Below are positions 12,073-24,560 of a stretch of 64,000 bases of DNA, piece after piece; position 1 is the first letter of the stretch; every line of letters begins with the position of its first letter. The DNA is taken from NCBI GenBank assembly GCA_030390025.1, contig CM059438.1:47864001-47928000 (forward strand), in the 5' to 3' direction. Made by a program: the position numbers and the translations under genes. A model generated the notes under the pieces. It saw only the letters and a list, made by a program, of their open reading frames with translations. It was not told the origin of the DNA and did no database searches. The DNA is from Squalus acanthias. Its lineage: Eukaryota.

Positions 12073-12749
12073 AATTAGTTCATGTTGGTCTGTAGAAAAT
12101 TCTGGAATTGCCCAGTAATGAAATTTTCACTCGTAGAAAATAATTAACTGCAATTTCGGTGTTAAGAAAGTGAGTTTTTTTCAATCGTCCCAACTGCCTG
12201 GCGCTGTTGCCGGGGCAGCATTTTTAAACAATGGGACTTGGGACAGATTAGTTACAAGACCTGTGGATAGTCTCTCTCTATTCCCCCTCTTACCCTGACA
12301 CAAGCTTTCACAGAGGAGAATAATCTTGTTTCCACACTGTAATCTTTAGGTGGGATCTGACCAAGGTGTGTTAAGATAAAGCCAATGATTTCCTCCAGAA
12401 ACTTCATCAGGACAGATTGACGGAGATAATTTTCTCAAAGTATCCCAAGCCTGACTTAAACAGGGGGAAGAAATCATGGTTAATACCAAAATGTTAGTTA
12501 GGTGACTTTCTCATCAATGTGTCATGTTAATGGATTAATAATAAAAGGATGACCTGCGCTGATTATTTTTCAAAAGAAAATATAATTAACGTCCTTGCGG
12601 CAAAATCATGAGAATTAGTGACCGCACAGACTTTTTTTTTGAATCACTGAGGAGACTCAATGCCACAGATCATCAATATTAATTCAGCTGTGGAACAGGC
12701 ATTCCGATCCAGTGTGGACAGATGGAATGAAAGTGCCTTATCTTTGAGG

Positions 12750-13170
12750 TGTCAGCTGTGCCTCAGTGGTGGCACTCTCGCCTCTGAGTTAGAAGTTTGC
12801 GGGTTCAAGCCCCATTCTAGAAACTTGAGCCCATAATCTCTGCTGGCACTCCAGCGCAGTACTGAGCGCGTGCGGCACTGTCGGAGGTGCCATTTTTTGG
12901 ATGAGATGTTAAAACTGTCCTCTGAGGCGGACGTAAAAGAGATGGGGAGTTCTCCTCAGTGTCTTGGCCAATATTTACCCCTCAACCAACACCACTAAAA
13001 ACAGATTGTCTGGTCATTTAACATATTGTTTGTTGGATCTTGCTGTGCACAAATTGGTGGCCTCATTTTGCAACAGTGACCACGCTTCAAAAGTACTTCA
13101 TTGGCTGCAAAGAGCTTTGCCACTTGCTGAGTTCGTGAAAGGCGCTTTATAAATGTAATTTCTTTCTAAG
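12750..13170 (+). mobile_element. Deu-domain SINE, near full length
   Basis: tRNA-like head GTCAGCTGTGCCTCAGTGG...GGGTTCAAGCCC, core, tail AAAGGCGCTTTATAAATGTAA. Confidence 0.85.
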
Positions 13171-14871
13171 CGATATAAAAATCGATTCTTCTTCCTGAAT
13201 AAAATATTTTTAATCTGCTGCATTGGAAAGTACCTCTAAGAAGGGTTAACGAATAACAGCGAAGAAGTTAGTCATTGTCATCTGTTTTTTACATGCTAGA
13301 TAGTGATTGGCAGAATGCCAAGCTACAGATAGTAATGTATTTTGTTAATCTTTGGTCCAGTACTGCAGTGAAAGATCCAACAAGAAATTAATTTGAATTG
13401 CTGACTACAACAATTCTGGTATTTTGCAGTCTCTGAATCCCAAAATGATGAACACAAGTTGCTTTAATAAACAATTGCTCCGACTAATTTAAAGCAGAGC
13501 GTGGCACTCTATCCAGCTCTGTTCATATTACAGTTGCCTTACCCCAGTAAGGAGTCAGTTTATAAAAAAAAAATGCACCTCAGGAACATCTCTCTGAATT
13601 TACTCATCGCCAAAGTCATAACACTCACAAATTGGACAGAATATGCTCCTCGCTCTCTAGCGTTTTTTGCTGGGCTGTAGTTACTAAAGGAAACTCGGGC
13701 TGGGTTTTCACATGACCTGTTTTTCAGAGAGGCATTCGAGGATGGTCAGAGTTTTGTTGAATGTTTCCCGAGATTCTCATTAACAGGATAGTCGATGGAT
13801 ACCCTTGTAATGCAATAGTTCAAAGGGCAGCGATGTGACCAGTGGTCAGTGTCCTAAGTCCAGGTGGGTTCACTGATTGTCAAAGCAAATGGCACCATCA
13901 TCGTGCGGTCCGTGCAGTGGAAGGGCTGAGCAATGTTTTCACTCTACGAGTTTTTTTCCAACTCCTATTGAGCATTGTTTTTTTTTTAAGCTCAGCTCTT
14001 GCCCTTGTGAGGTGGATCCCCTGGTCCATCACACGCTATTTCAATGGTGTGTCAATACATTTCTATTGCGATGTAGCACTCTCCTTGTGTAGCGTTTTAT
14101 TCACACTGGAAGTTGGGTCCTTGAGTGTAGTCTCAGCTTTACTTAGAACATTTAATGATATTTTTATATCAACAACCCTTCACATTGTACCTGAGGACTT
14201 GCTTATTTTGCACCTTGATGGATTAAATAAAGCATTGTTTATAAAATATGGGTCAAGTATCAGAATACATTATAGCTTTGAGCTATTTCCACGAAGCCAG
14301 ACTGTCATTAGATATGATGTTCCTGTAGATTGATCTCTGCTCCATCTCACCTTAGTAACTATGCCAGTTTCGTATCTGCACAATGTTTATGAGATGCTAT
14401 AAATCAGTTTTACCAACCCCAACAGTATTTGAAAGTGTGGGATGTTAACACACCTCAATTCTTTGAACCCCTTTGGTAATTCTAGTTGAGTATATTTAAC
14501 CAAAAATACTGTTTCTTCTCCAATTACATTTATATTAAAAAAAAAAATGTGTGCAGTTTTGTTGTGCCTTTTTTAAAAGTTATTTCTGGTTTGGCAGGAG
14601 CTTTCAAACAAGCCTATACGAATGTGATTCTACCAGTTGGAAGTTTCATTCTGGTTTTAAACTGCAACTTAGCATTTGGTGGGTTGGATTGAACCAGGTG
14701 GTAATGAGTGAAAACTGCAGAACACACACTGTAACTAGGTATATGGGTGCATGTCTGATCCTCCCATTGGGTTAACATTTAAACAGCATTAAAATCTCTC
14801 TCTCTCAACATTTTTCCTTTTGAAATATTTAGCCCGCGTACGACGTTAGGGTTTTGTGTGTTTTGTTTTTT

Positions 14872-15008
14872 ATTTGTTCATGGCATGTCGCTGGCAAAGC
14901 TGGCCTTTATTGCCCATCCCTGGTTGCCCTTGAGAAGGTGACGGTGGGCCTTCTCCTTGAACCACTGCAATCCTTGTGGTGAAGGTGCTCCCATGACAGT
15001 GTTGGGGA
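14872..15008 (-). mobile_element. 3' end fragment of the LINE family at 60944-61710
   Basis: TTTATTGCCCATCCCTGGTTGCCCTTGAGAAGGTG...GTGGTGAAGGTGCTCCCA matches ~60993-61080. Confidence 0.75.
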
Positions 15009-15760
15009 ATATACTAAGTTACACATTTTGCAGACGTGAGGGTTCCTGCACTTGTGCTTTCCAACAAACAGTTGGTCATCAAAGTCATAACTAGAATTGT
15101 TTTGAAAGCTGCACAATGTCCAAAAACAAGGCTGAATTAGAATTTCCCATTTTCTCCCCTGTGCATCACGAGCAGAGGACCTGTTTCCTGCACTTTATGG
15201 AGCTGCCCTGATTTAACATTATATTTTTGGCCAGAACATCATTTCTGGAGGACTGTGTGAGGGACGGCAGGCTTGTTTCCTGGGAAAAGAGACATTATTT
15301 GAGTGTGTCCTGTAAGGGGTCAGTTACCTCAGCAGTTACACGGAGAGCAAATGATGGTTGGGAGTGAGTTACTGGACTGTAATTCACTAGTAGGGATCGG
15401 ATTACATAATAAAGCGGGAGAGCCAAGCTCAATCAGTTTACGCCATCAATTTTTTGAACCCCAGATTATCCTTCAGCCACGGCTATGTTCTAGCGCTCCA
15501 CTTCTTAATAGAGCCCAGTTTCATTTACCTTTTCAGGGCTTTATCATTAGCCTCATCACAGTTTTAATCATTGCAGCTTTTAACAGCCCCATGTATATTT
15601 TTATAGAGCTGTGTATCACATGACAGGAAGCGGGTGTTTTATGACACAGTGCAGTGCAGGGTTAATAATGGGATTAGATGACAGGAAAAAGGAGAGCCTT
15701 GCTGACAAATCATTTTTATTAAACAGAGGACACGAGTTGGGCAACTAGTATAAAATGACT

Positions 15761-16200
15761 AAAGACTGAACAGGCTGGGGCTCTTTTCTCTAGTACAGAG
15801 AAGACTGAGGTGACCTGATAGAGGTCTTTAAAATGATGGAGAGGTTCGATAGGGTAGACGTAGAGAAGATGTTTCCACTTGTGGGGGAGTCCAAAACTAG
15901 GGGTCATAAATACAAGATAATCACTAATAAATCCAATAAAGAATTCAGGAGAAACCTCTTTACTCAGAGTGTGGTTAGAATGTGGAACTCGCTACATCAT
16001 GGAGTGGTTGAGGCGAATAGTATCGATGCATTTAAGGGGAAGCTAGATAAACACATGAGGGAGAAAAGAATAGAAGGATATGCTTATGGGGTTAGATAAA
16101 GTAGGGTGTGAGGAGGCTTGTGTGGAGCATAAACACCGGCACAGACCAGTTGGGCCGAATGGCCTGTTTCTGTGCTGTAAATTCTGTGTAAAATATGTGT
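15761..16200 (+). mobile_element. CR1 LINE 3' fragment
   Basis: ORF 15833-16099 TRGHKYKI...FRRNLFTQSVVRMWNSL...FKGKLD is a CR1 ORF2 C-terminus; tail GGGCCGAATGGCCTGTTTCTGTGCTGTAA. Confidence 0.9.
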
Positions 16201-19200
16201 TTTCCTCCATTTTGCCCACAGTACAGTATCACTTCTAACTGGGTTATGTGGCACTGTGTCACTTTGTATCATTCTACTCTCTCCCTTAAATATTAGTTTC
16301 CCTGCGCTCTGTTACATAAATTGAGGCTATTGATTTTTATCAAAGCTTAAAAAAATCTAGCAAACAATGATGCCTTAGTAAAAGCAGCGACCCAATCAAT
16401 TTTGATCAATTCCTGTCTTCCTGGATCTGTTCTTCGAGTTATTTCTTTTAAAAAAGCTTGAATTGATTGATTTCACAGCCAGCAATGATTTATTTCTACC
16501 CAATTTTATAGCTGTCGTAATAGGCGCTGAACCTGTTACTGTTGCCATTCATGAAACGTCAATGCAAAACAGACAATTATAGTGCAACGTGACAAGGACA
16601 CAGCTGTTGCTGTGTAATATGTTCAGGCAGCAACAAAATAACAGTTGCAAGGACCGGTAGAACAGTAATTTTCACCAAACAGAGCTCTGTTCCTGATATT
16701 CAGCAGGAGCTGCAAAGCAGAATAATGATATGATGTGTACTGTCAGCATTCTTCGTGTAATGGCTGGTAGAGGGAAAGTTTACGACTGTGGAGAATTTAA
16801 TGAGTGTTTGTGCTATTTATGTGAAGTAATATATCATGTTTGTTCAGCTGCTGTCACCGTTAGCAGCACAACCGGAAAAATTGATGTTTTGTTTATTTCC
16901 CCCCCCCCCCTTCCAAATTCCATTGCCACTGTGCCTATTCTAAAATAAAACATCATGTCTGTATGAAGCAGATATCAGCATTTGAAATCGATCTAGATTC
17001 GGTGTTTGCACCTCAGAAGGATGTCGCCTTTTGATTCCCTGTAGCTCGCTGCAGTCGGAATGTAAGGCTGTGTCGAATTCTTAAAATCAGTGCTGTGGAA
17101 GAAACACATGCAAAAAGTGAATATCGACAGTTTTGGAATTGCGTTCAGCTGTTGTTTTCATTGTAACCTTGCCAGTAAGTGTTTAGACTGTTTCCTCCAG
17201 TTTCTAGATAAAATGTTTAGCAGAAGGAAAAATAAATTATGTTCACATTCACTTAAAAATCTAAACAAAACTTATCTTTAAAAGCTCAGACGTAGAATAC
17301 GTCTCGAGTTACAGGTTGGAATGCCCTTTGAACCTCGGACAGCTCCTCTCTCTACCCCCCCCCCCCCCCACCCATCCAAACCAGTATATACATTATTTTC
17401 CACAGGCACACCGCCTTAAAAGAGGTTGAGTTGATGAATTTGTCTTGCTATTTGGAGAACTTTAGCCCTCTTTACCGAATCTAATATATACAGGGAGGCA
17501 ATTTGTGAACCGGCCCATTTATATTGCTGTACACTATATTCTGGGCCTGGTACAGAGGCAAATAGTCAGGATTAACAGTAAACAGAAGTTTGTGCATTTA
17601 AAAGCCAGTGGTTCAGAGAGGGTTTTTTTTTAAGCTTAAATCAAATCCCAAGAGCATTCTGCTGTTTGTACTTTGTGACTTTTCCCTTTGCCTGTGTTTT
17701 TTTGATGGTGAAATTTATGATCCAACCTGCCTCTCAGAAGCAGCAACAGATTAGTCCGGATATCAAAAACAAAACTGATAGCCTGGAACAAGCAAATCTT
17801 GTGTTTTGATTCCGATTTTACCTTAGTCATGACTCTACAGATACAAGGAACATTTAATTCTAGATTTCCTGCAGCTGGCAGAAGGGCTCTAGCCCAGCTG
17901 TGTTAAATGTATTTTTACCCTTGTCTCACTGCCAGCTTCTGAGCTCTGTGAAAAATAAAATAAAATTAAATGTTTCACGTCCCAGCTGAACTGTTAAAAG
18001 AGATTTAAAAGGGAAGTTGTAACCATAGGCACCCAATTTGCTAATCAACATAATGAGCTTTTTCTTTTATTTTGAAGAGGGGCTTGTATTTCAGAAGGAG
18101 GGGGGTGGTGGGGAAGACATTTCCAGAAATCTCCATAGATGGGAAAGTGGAAAGAATGTTGGGTCATTAATCTTGTCGAGTCTCATCTCGCTGAATTTTT
18201 AAGATTTCCATTCTGGTCCAGAGACTCGGGTTTAGTGGAAGAATGTTCACACGGTACAAAGATTTTTATTAAATGACCTCAAATCGATTACATCGCCGCA
18301 GATCACGAGTGCAGCGCATCACTGTTTCCAAGAGGCTGGTCATTCTGTTACACAAAGGGAAAGAACAGAAAGAGATGGGCCTTGCGTGCCGTGTCTGTCC
18401 GGACAGGGCGAGAGCATCAAGCCCTGCAACCAACACAAACACATGGGACAATGTGGTCGATGCCAGTTTGCAGCGTTGCTGAGTGTTGGTGCTGTCAGTG
18501 AGCTGGAGGTTCGGTCACTGTTCTCCTCGGTGTTATTTGTCATCTTTGCTCAGCATCCTCAGAGCTGCTTTTTTAAAAAAAAGTCCTTCTAAGTTCTACA
18601 TGTAGCTGTTCAGTGTCGTTTATCATCGTTCTTGCGCCACTCCTTTTTAGTCATTAGATTTACAGTGTGTGAGCAAGAGATCGCACAGGATGGAGATCAC
18701 TGCAAGAAATACTGTTTTCTTTTTGCCTCTCACATTTAATGGAACTTAATGCGAGCCAAATTACTATCCAGTGCATTAATGTGTTATTCATTATGTAAAC
18801 GTTACTATAACATTACTGCAGGGAGCAGGAATTTGGCCGGTGCTCATTATTTTGGTATCAGTGTGCGTTTCCAGTGCTCAGAAAGAACTCTCCCCCCCCC
18901 CCCCCCCCCCCCCCCACCACCAGTTTTAGCAGCTGCAACATATTTAAACATTCCTTGTAATGGCATCTAATGATAAATATACCCCGTGGTCTTGAACTGA
19001 AGCCTTCTCGCTGGCAAGCTGCCCTGCCACTGGCAGTGAAAGCTCGTTCATGCCCCCTTCTGCACGGAGAATGGGAACTCATTTCCACGCTGGTAATATC
19101 TGTGCTCCGGAAATAAAATTTTTGCAGGAATGACATGGTTAGCTTTCCCATGTTGGGAAAAGATCAATACTTTCTCGGATGGAGTGCTGCTGTAATGTTT

Positions 19201-19729
19201 CATTATATATTGCTATTTAAAGCCCAACATTGTTTAATGGCAAAATAGATTTCTGACTGACTTGTTGGAGCCACAAGTTAATATTTTTATAATTGCTTCG
19301 GTCGAACTTTAATCCCTCTCAGACCCATTAATGATCGGCAATCCTTAGATACCAAGCAGAATTTCTACCACATCCCCATCCTCCTCTCTCTCTTTATTTG
19401 CTCTCTCCCCCCGAGTGTAAAAGGGCTGAACAAGACCAAACAAAAGTCTGTCTTGTGGTCTCATATTGATTTTCACCATCACTTTGCCTCCCAGTGACCA
19501 AAGGCAGGAAAACCGCAGAGAATGCGAAGTATTCTACAAGTCGATGCAGTCTGGTGTGTTTCTCTGAAAGAGAGCATCTCTCCCTCCCTCCCCCACACAC
19601 AACCCTTGGCTTGGCGTTAGTTTTGTTTTTACAATAAAGGACGTGCAGCTAAGAGTGAGGGTGGACTGACTGACTGGCGTGTTTGCACCGAGTTTCTCTC
19701 TCACCGAGTGTGTTTCTCGGCTGTTGCAG

Positions 19730-19928
19730 GCTGATCCTGCCCTACGAAAGATACATCAAAGGGGAAGAAGACAAGCCGCTGCCTCCAGTCAAGCCTCGAA
19801 AACAGGAGAACAGCCCCCAAGAGAGCGACAGCAAGATGAGGGCAGCTGGAACCAAACGGAAGAATGAACAGAACAGAAAAGTGAAAAAAGAAAGGGAGAC
19901 CAGCCAGAAAGTGAAAGAGTACTCTGAG
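19730..19928 (+). CDS. ARID5B: ARID5B penultimate coding exon (199 nt)
   Basis: TTGCAG acceptor ending 19729; first G completes the AG|G Arg codon; then LILPYERYIKGEEDKPLPPVKPRKQE...EYSE; GTTAGT donor at 19929. Confidence 0.95.
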
Positions 19929-20337
19929 GTTAGTGCTGCTCACCCCCCCCACCCCACCCCCTCCAAATCTGTGTACCAGGTCTATGTAATAAAGTTGTTA
20001 TTAAGTGTAAGTTACCTTCCTCGGAAAAGCCAAGTACTTCATCTCTCCCAGACCTTCCGGCTGTGGGACATAAAAGTTACTGGATGGAACTTTCCCATTC
20101 ATTTCCACAATTCGCCATCTAACTGCACAACTACATTACACCAGCAGTTTTCAAAACATTTCTCATCAAGTGCTGGACAAGAATTCTGCTTTAACCATAA
20201 GAGCAATGTCATTGCAGTGTAATATTGAGCTCTTCCCTTTAATTTCAGCATAAATACCTAAAAAAAAAACTCGTGTGTGTATATACATACATTGGTGCTC
20301 AACTGCAAAGATAGAGTGATCACTACAATCCAGTGTG

Positions 20338-20895
20338 GTGGTTTGGTGTGCACTAGTGCCATGTGGTTTGTGCACTAGTGCCTTGTAGTTTGGTGTGCAC
20401 TATTGCCGTGTGGTTTGGTGTGCACTATTGCCGTGTGGTTTGGTGTGCACTAGTGCCGTGTGGTTTGGTGTGCACTAGTGCCATGTGGTTTGTGCACTAG
20501 TGCCTTGTAGTTTGGTGTGCACTATTGCCGTGTGGTTTGGTGTGCACTATTGCCGTGTGGTTTGGTGTGCACTAGTGCCGTGTGGTTTGGTGTGCACTAG
20601 TGCCATGTGGTTTGTGCACTAGTGCCGTGCGGTTTGGTGTGCACTATTGCCGTGCGGTTTGGTGTGCACTATTGCCGTGCGGTTTGGTGTGCACTATTGC
20701 CGTGCGGTTTGGTGTGCACTATTGCCGTGTGGTTTGGTGTGCACTAGTGCCATGTGGTTTGTGCACTAGTGCCGTGCGGTTTGGTGTGCACTATTGCCGT
20801 GCGGTTTGGTGTGCAATATTGCCGTGCGGTTTGGTGTGCACTATTGCCGTGCGGCTTGTGCACTATTGCCGTGCGGTTTGGTGTGCACTATTGCG
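20338..20895. repeat. 25-bp minisatellite (with 22-bp variants)
   Basis: Unit TATTGCCGTGTGGTTTGGTGTGCAC, ~22 copies; source of the Cys/Val-rich ORFs at 20582 and 20754. Confidence 0.95.
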
Positions 20896-21637
20896 ATTTG
20901 ACGGCGCTTTGCAGCTCGACCCATACCATTGTGCTCGGTTTGGTGTGTGCCTCTGCTGCTTGTGTTGGTGCATGCCGTTGCTGTACATTTTGGTTTCTGC
21001 AGTTTGCCGTGCAACATTGTCGTGGGGTTTGGCGCATGCTGTCGGTGGAATTCTGGTGGTGTAACGTTTCAGTTAGCCCCCATGCCATGTGCGAATTACA
21101 GTTGTGGGTCACTGTGGTTCTTGGGCTATTTCCATGATGTAATACTCGAGTGGATAGGTATCAGATCTTAGTCAACTTTCTTCATGCTGAAATAAATTTT
21201 GAGTCTACACTGTGCAGGTGGGAGGTAGCTCAACTAATCATTATGAATTTTCCTCTGATAACCTTCTCTCTTACCTATTCTGATCTAACCACGAGGGTGG
21301 ATCAGGAGGGTACAGTTTCCACTCAAATGTTTCTAGCAGGGAGGGGTTGTCGAGGGCAGGATTCGTACTTCTAAGAGAAAAGCACAAAAGGATTGCTTCT
21401 TTTTCTTGTCTCTAAGCAGTGGGATGCTCCCACCTAGTGGCTTGGCCAAGAGCTGACACAAAAAAGAACTAATTGCTGGCATTGAACATGGGAACAACCT
21501 CCGACTCTGGATTTGGATGCTCTGAATCCAGATATTTAATTGTGAATTTGAACTATCTTGTGTACAGTCAGAGATCATTCCCACTGTCACTTCCGACCAG
21601 GCACTGGGACAAATGCCTGCTATTAGACTAACGTGAG

Positions 21638-21775
21638 AAGTCGCACAACACCAGGTTATAGTCCAACAGCTTTATTTGAAATCACAAGCTTTCGGAGCGC
21701 TGCTCCTTCGTCAGGTGAAGTGAAGAAATACATGTGGGCACAGCATATATAGTCAGAGAACAATGCCAGACGACT
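21638..21775 (-). mobile_element. Penelope-like element terminal (pseudo-LTR) fragment
   Basis: Minus strand CACCTGACGAAGGAGCAGCGCTCCGAAAGCTTGTGATTTCAAATAAAGCTGTTGGACTATAACCTGGTGTTGTG: hammerhead core followed by AATAAA, an arrangement typical of Penelope-like ends. Confidence 0.7.
21682..21718 (-). ncRNA. Minimal type I hammerhead ribozyme motif
   Basis: UCAC-CUGACGA-A-GGAGC(AGC)GCUCC-GAAA-GC-UU-GUGA: conserved core boxes, 4-bp stem I, 5-bp stem II, palindromic AGCU in place of stem III. Confidence 0.75.
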
Positions 21776-22175
21776 ACAGTTAATCTTTCTAACTGCCCTT
21801 TATCACACTATTAGACTGGCAGAGGGATAGAAAGCATCCACTCCCCTCCCCACCATCCTCCTGTCGATGACTCGAGGTGCACGTCCATCACTGGGTTCGG
21901 AGGTCAGGTGACTTTCCTCTCCCAGTTAGATGGCCGGGGAATGTTCCAGAAAACAGTGCAATTAAAGGTCTCTCCGACACTGCCAGGGAACCCGAACGAT
22001 TCGGTATTTCTGAAGCTGAGGATGGAGGCCGGTAAACGCCAGGCCGCTGGGCAGCCCTCCGGGAGGGACTTTGAAACGGAGCCCACGATCAGACACTTAT
22101 TCAGCACGAGGGGAACATAATCACGTCGGCCGAGAGATTTGACGTCCGCCCGAAACGCCGCCAAGTCCATGGGAC

Positions 22176-22276
22176 CAATGTTCCCTTTAAGCTGCGTGGC
22201 CATGCGGCGCTCTACAGGTCCCACGCAGCCAGCTTTTAAATGCAAAAACAGCGCATGTGCGGATTAGGGGACGTTG
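22176..22276. mobile_element. 101-bp hAT-type MITE with perfect 8-bp TSD
   Basis: CATGGGAC at 22168-22175 and 22277-22284; imperfect TIRs CAATGTTCCCTTTAA / TTAGGGGACGTTG. Confidence 0.8.
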
Positions 22277-24206
22277 CATGGGACCCAAACCAGATTGGAG
22301 TTAGGCCCTCGTTTAAACACCGCTGTTGCCAAACGGGAAGGAGGGAGCTTAGCTGGGCTGGCTGGCAGATCCGGTCTGGTGGGGGGGGAAGGGTTGTTTC
22401 GAGACTATCCTGGGGGAGAAAGGTGGGGGGGTGGTGGGGCCTCGAACGGGCTGATAGTGGCCCGGAGTTTATTTCTGGGCCCAGGAGGAGCACTTGCACA
22501 AAGGTCAACACTCGCAATTGCCGTGGCCATTTATTGAGCGGGCTGCAGCCGGCACCTTAAGGACCGCTAGTCAGGCCACTTGCCCCTGGCGTGGCTGGTC
22601 CAGGCGGGCACCGCAACCTCCACCCGCTTGCACCTGAATCTTGCAACGGGATCCTACAACCGGCCCAGGGCCCCAACTCGCATATTTAATCAGCCTCACG
22701 GCTGTTTCTGGCAGGCTGCTCACCCATTTACAGAATATTGTATCAGGCGGAACATGGGCATCAAAGGAGAAGTTGAGGTTCTCCGCCACTTTTCACCCCC
22801 CCCCCCCCCCCCCCCACCCCGGTTTCAAACTGCTGGACACCCATTTTTCAGCCTGGGAACATAGATGCTGACCAGCTTTTGTACAGTGCCACTGATAGAT
22901 GCCTCGAGGTTTTCCAGCTTGTCGGCCAACCCATGCTTTCTCTTGCCGAGCTGCTAGGAATTGGATTGTAACGTGTTTTGTCTTCCTCCTCCACATCGGA
23001 AAATGTGGAAACATTTTTTAACAAGTGTAACAATTTCTTACAATGGCTCCACGTGCCATAGGCTGCCACCGCAATGGCAGGGTCGTTCGGGGCTTGACTT
23101 TGAACGTGGCATCACCTATGTGTGGGAGGCATCGTTACCACCTTGGGTGCGAATGCCCACCATTTGAAAGCGGCTAAACACTAAATAATTCTCTGAAGCC
23201 ACCACTACGTGTGATCTGGTGTTTGTTGGGGCCCGAGTTAAGTTCACTGAGTGAAATAATCGCAGTACCACATCAGTACAAATAAAACCCATTGTTATGC
23301 TACTTACCACATGGAACGGTTCCGTGAATGTACAATACATACATTTAGCATGCCTGCATTAATGCAATGCACACGTACATTACTGACCAGTCTGGACTTC
23401 CTCACGTTAAACATTAGCTCCTGTTTAAACATAGTTGAACATTGTATCACTTTCAGTTAATTCATATCAGATCTAGAGAGAGTTGTTTTCCAGGCAGAAA
23501 CAGAGGTGACCGTTTAATATTGCAGAATACACGTCAGTCTTCCGTAGTTTGCTCATCTGTCTGGTATTTTTCATGCAATGCCATAGGCCCCTGAGATTGA
23601 ATAATACTCAATCGAAGAGCAGAGTATTCACAACTTGACCCTTTCATGCCATTTAAACTTGGCAGAAAAGAACAAGGCCTGAAATCCGTGGAGATTTGAA
23701 AGCTGTAATAATACTTGTTACATTTCCATCGATTTATATTTTCCTTCAGCACTTTTTAAGAGCTTATAAAAGAAAATGATGCTTTAAAATAGATTTACTG
23801 CTGTTTTAGAAATTCTTCATTTCTTACAGTTGACGAGGATCCATATCTCCGATATAGCGGAGCTTTAATAAGAGCAACTTGCTTTTCCCAAAGGGAAAAC
23901 TATCAGAAAGGTTTAATCCTGTCAGGCGGATAAACTACATTAAAAATAAATCTTGCCCAAATCCTAGCTCTAGTTTTCCTCAAATATCGACTCGCTGAGT
24001 AAATCGATCTTCAATCCTGCAACCCTTTCCTTTCCAGTATTCTCCTGCAAAGAAATCCCTTCACGGGAATTAAGCTGCTGTTAAAGAGATCATGCGGCAG
24101 TTTCAGCCTCGTACGGTTCTGTGGAAGCTGAAGGCCTTGACACAGTCTGCTGGCACAGTGAGTTAGGGTGTGAGCTCATGGCACCTCAGATGGATGGGAT
24201 GGAGTT

Positions 24207-24560
24207 GTGTTCAAATCCCTCCCCGCCCTATCTCTGTAACCTCCACCAGCCCTGCAACTCTCCGAAAACTCTGCGTTCCACCAACGCTGACCTCTTGCGC
24301 ATCCCTGATTTCCTTCGCCCCCTCCATAGGCAGCCGTGCCTTCAGCTGTCTTAAGCCCTAAACTCTGGAATTCCCTCCCTTAAACTCTCCCCCTCTCTCC
24401 TTCTTTAAGACGCTCCTTAAAACCAACCTCTTTGACCAAGCCCTGTCCTAATATCTTCTTATGTGTCTCGGTGTCAAAGTTTGTCTGATTACGCTCCTGC
24501 GAAGCGCCTTGGGACGTTTTACTGCTTAAAGGTGCTATTTAAATGCACGTCGTTGTTGTT
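24207..24560 (+). mobile_element. L2-clade LINE 3' fragment
   Basis: CTATCTCTGTAACCTCC...CTCTGGAATTCCCTCCCT...AAGACGCTCCTTAAAACC...(GTT)n tail; same family as 46056-46882. Confidence 0.85.

Noticed and set aside
13842-14333. 163-aa hydrophobic ORF
   Set aside because: Non-ATG start, T-rich intronic composition and no recognisable family motifs.
20582-21137. Cys-rich repetitive ORFs resembling keratin-associated or metallothionein-like proteins
   Set aside because: Translations of a 25-bp unit, which is not a multiple of three; no splice or start context.
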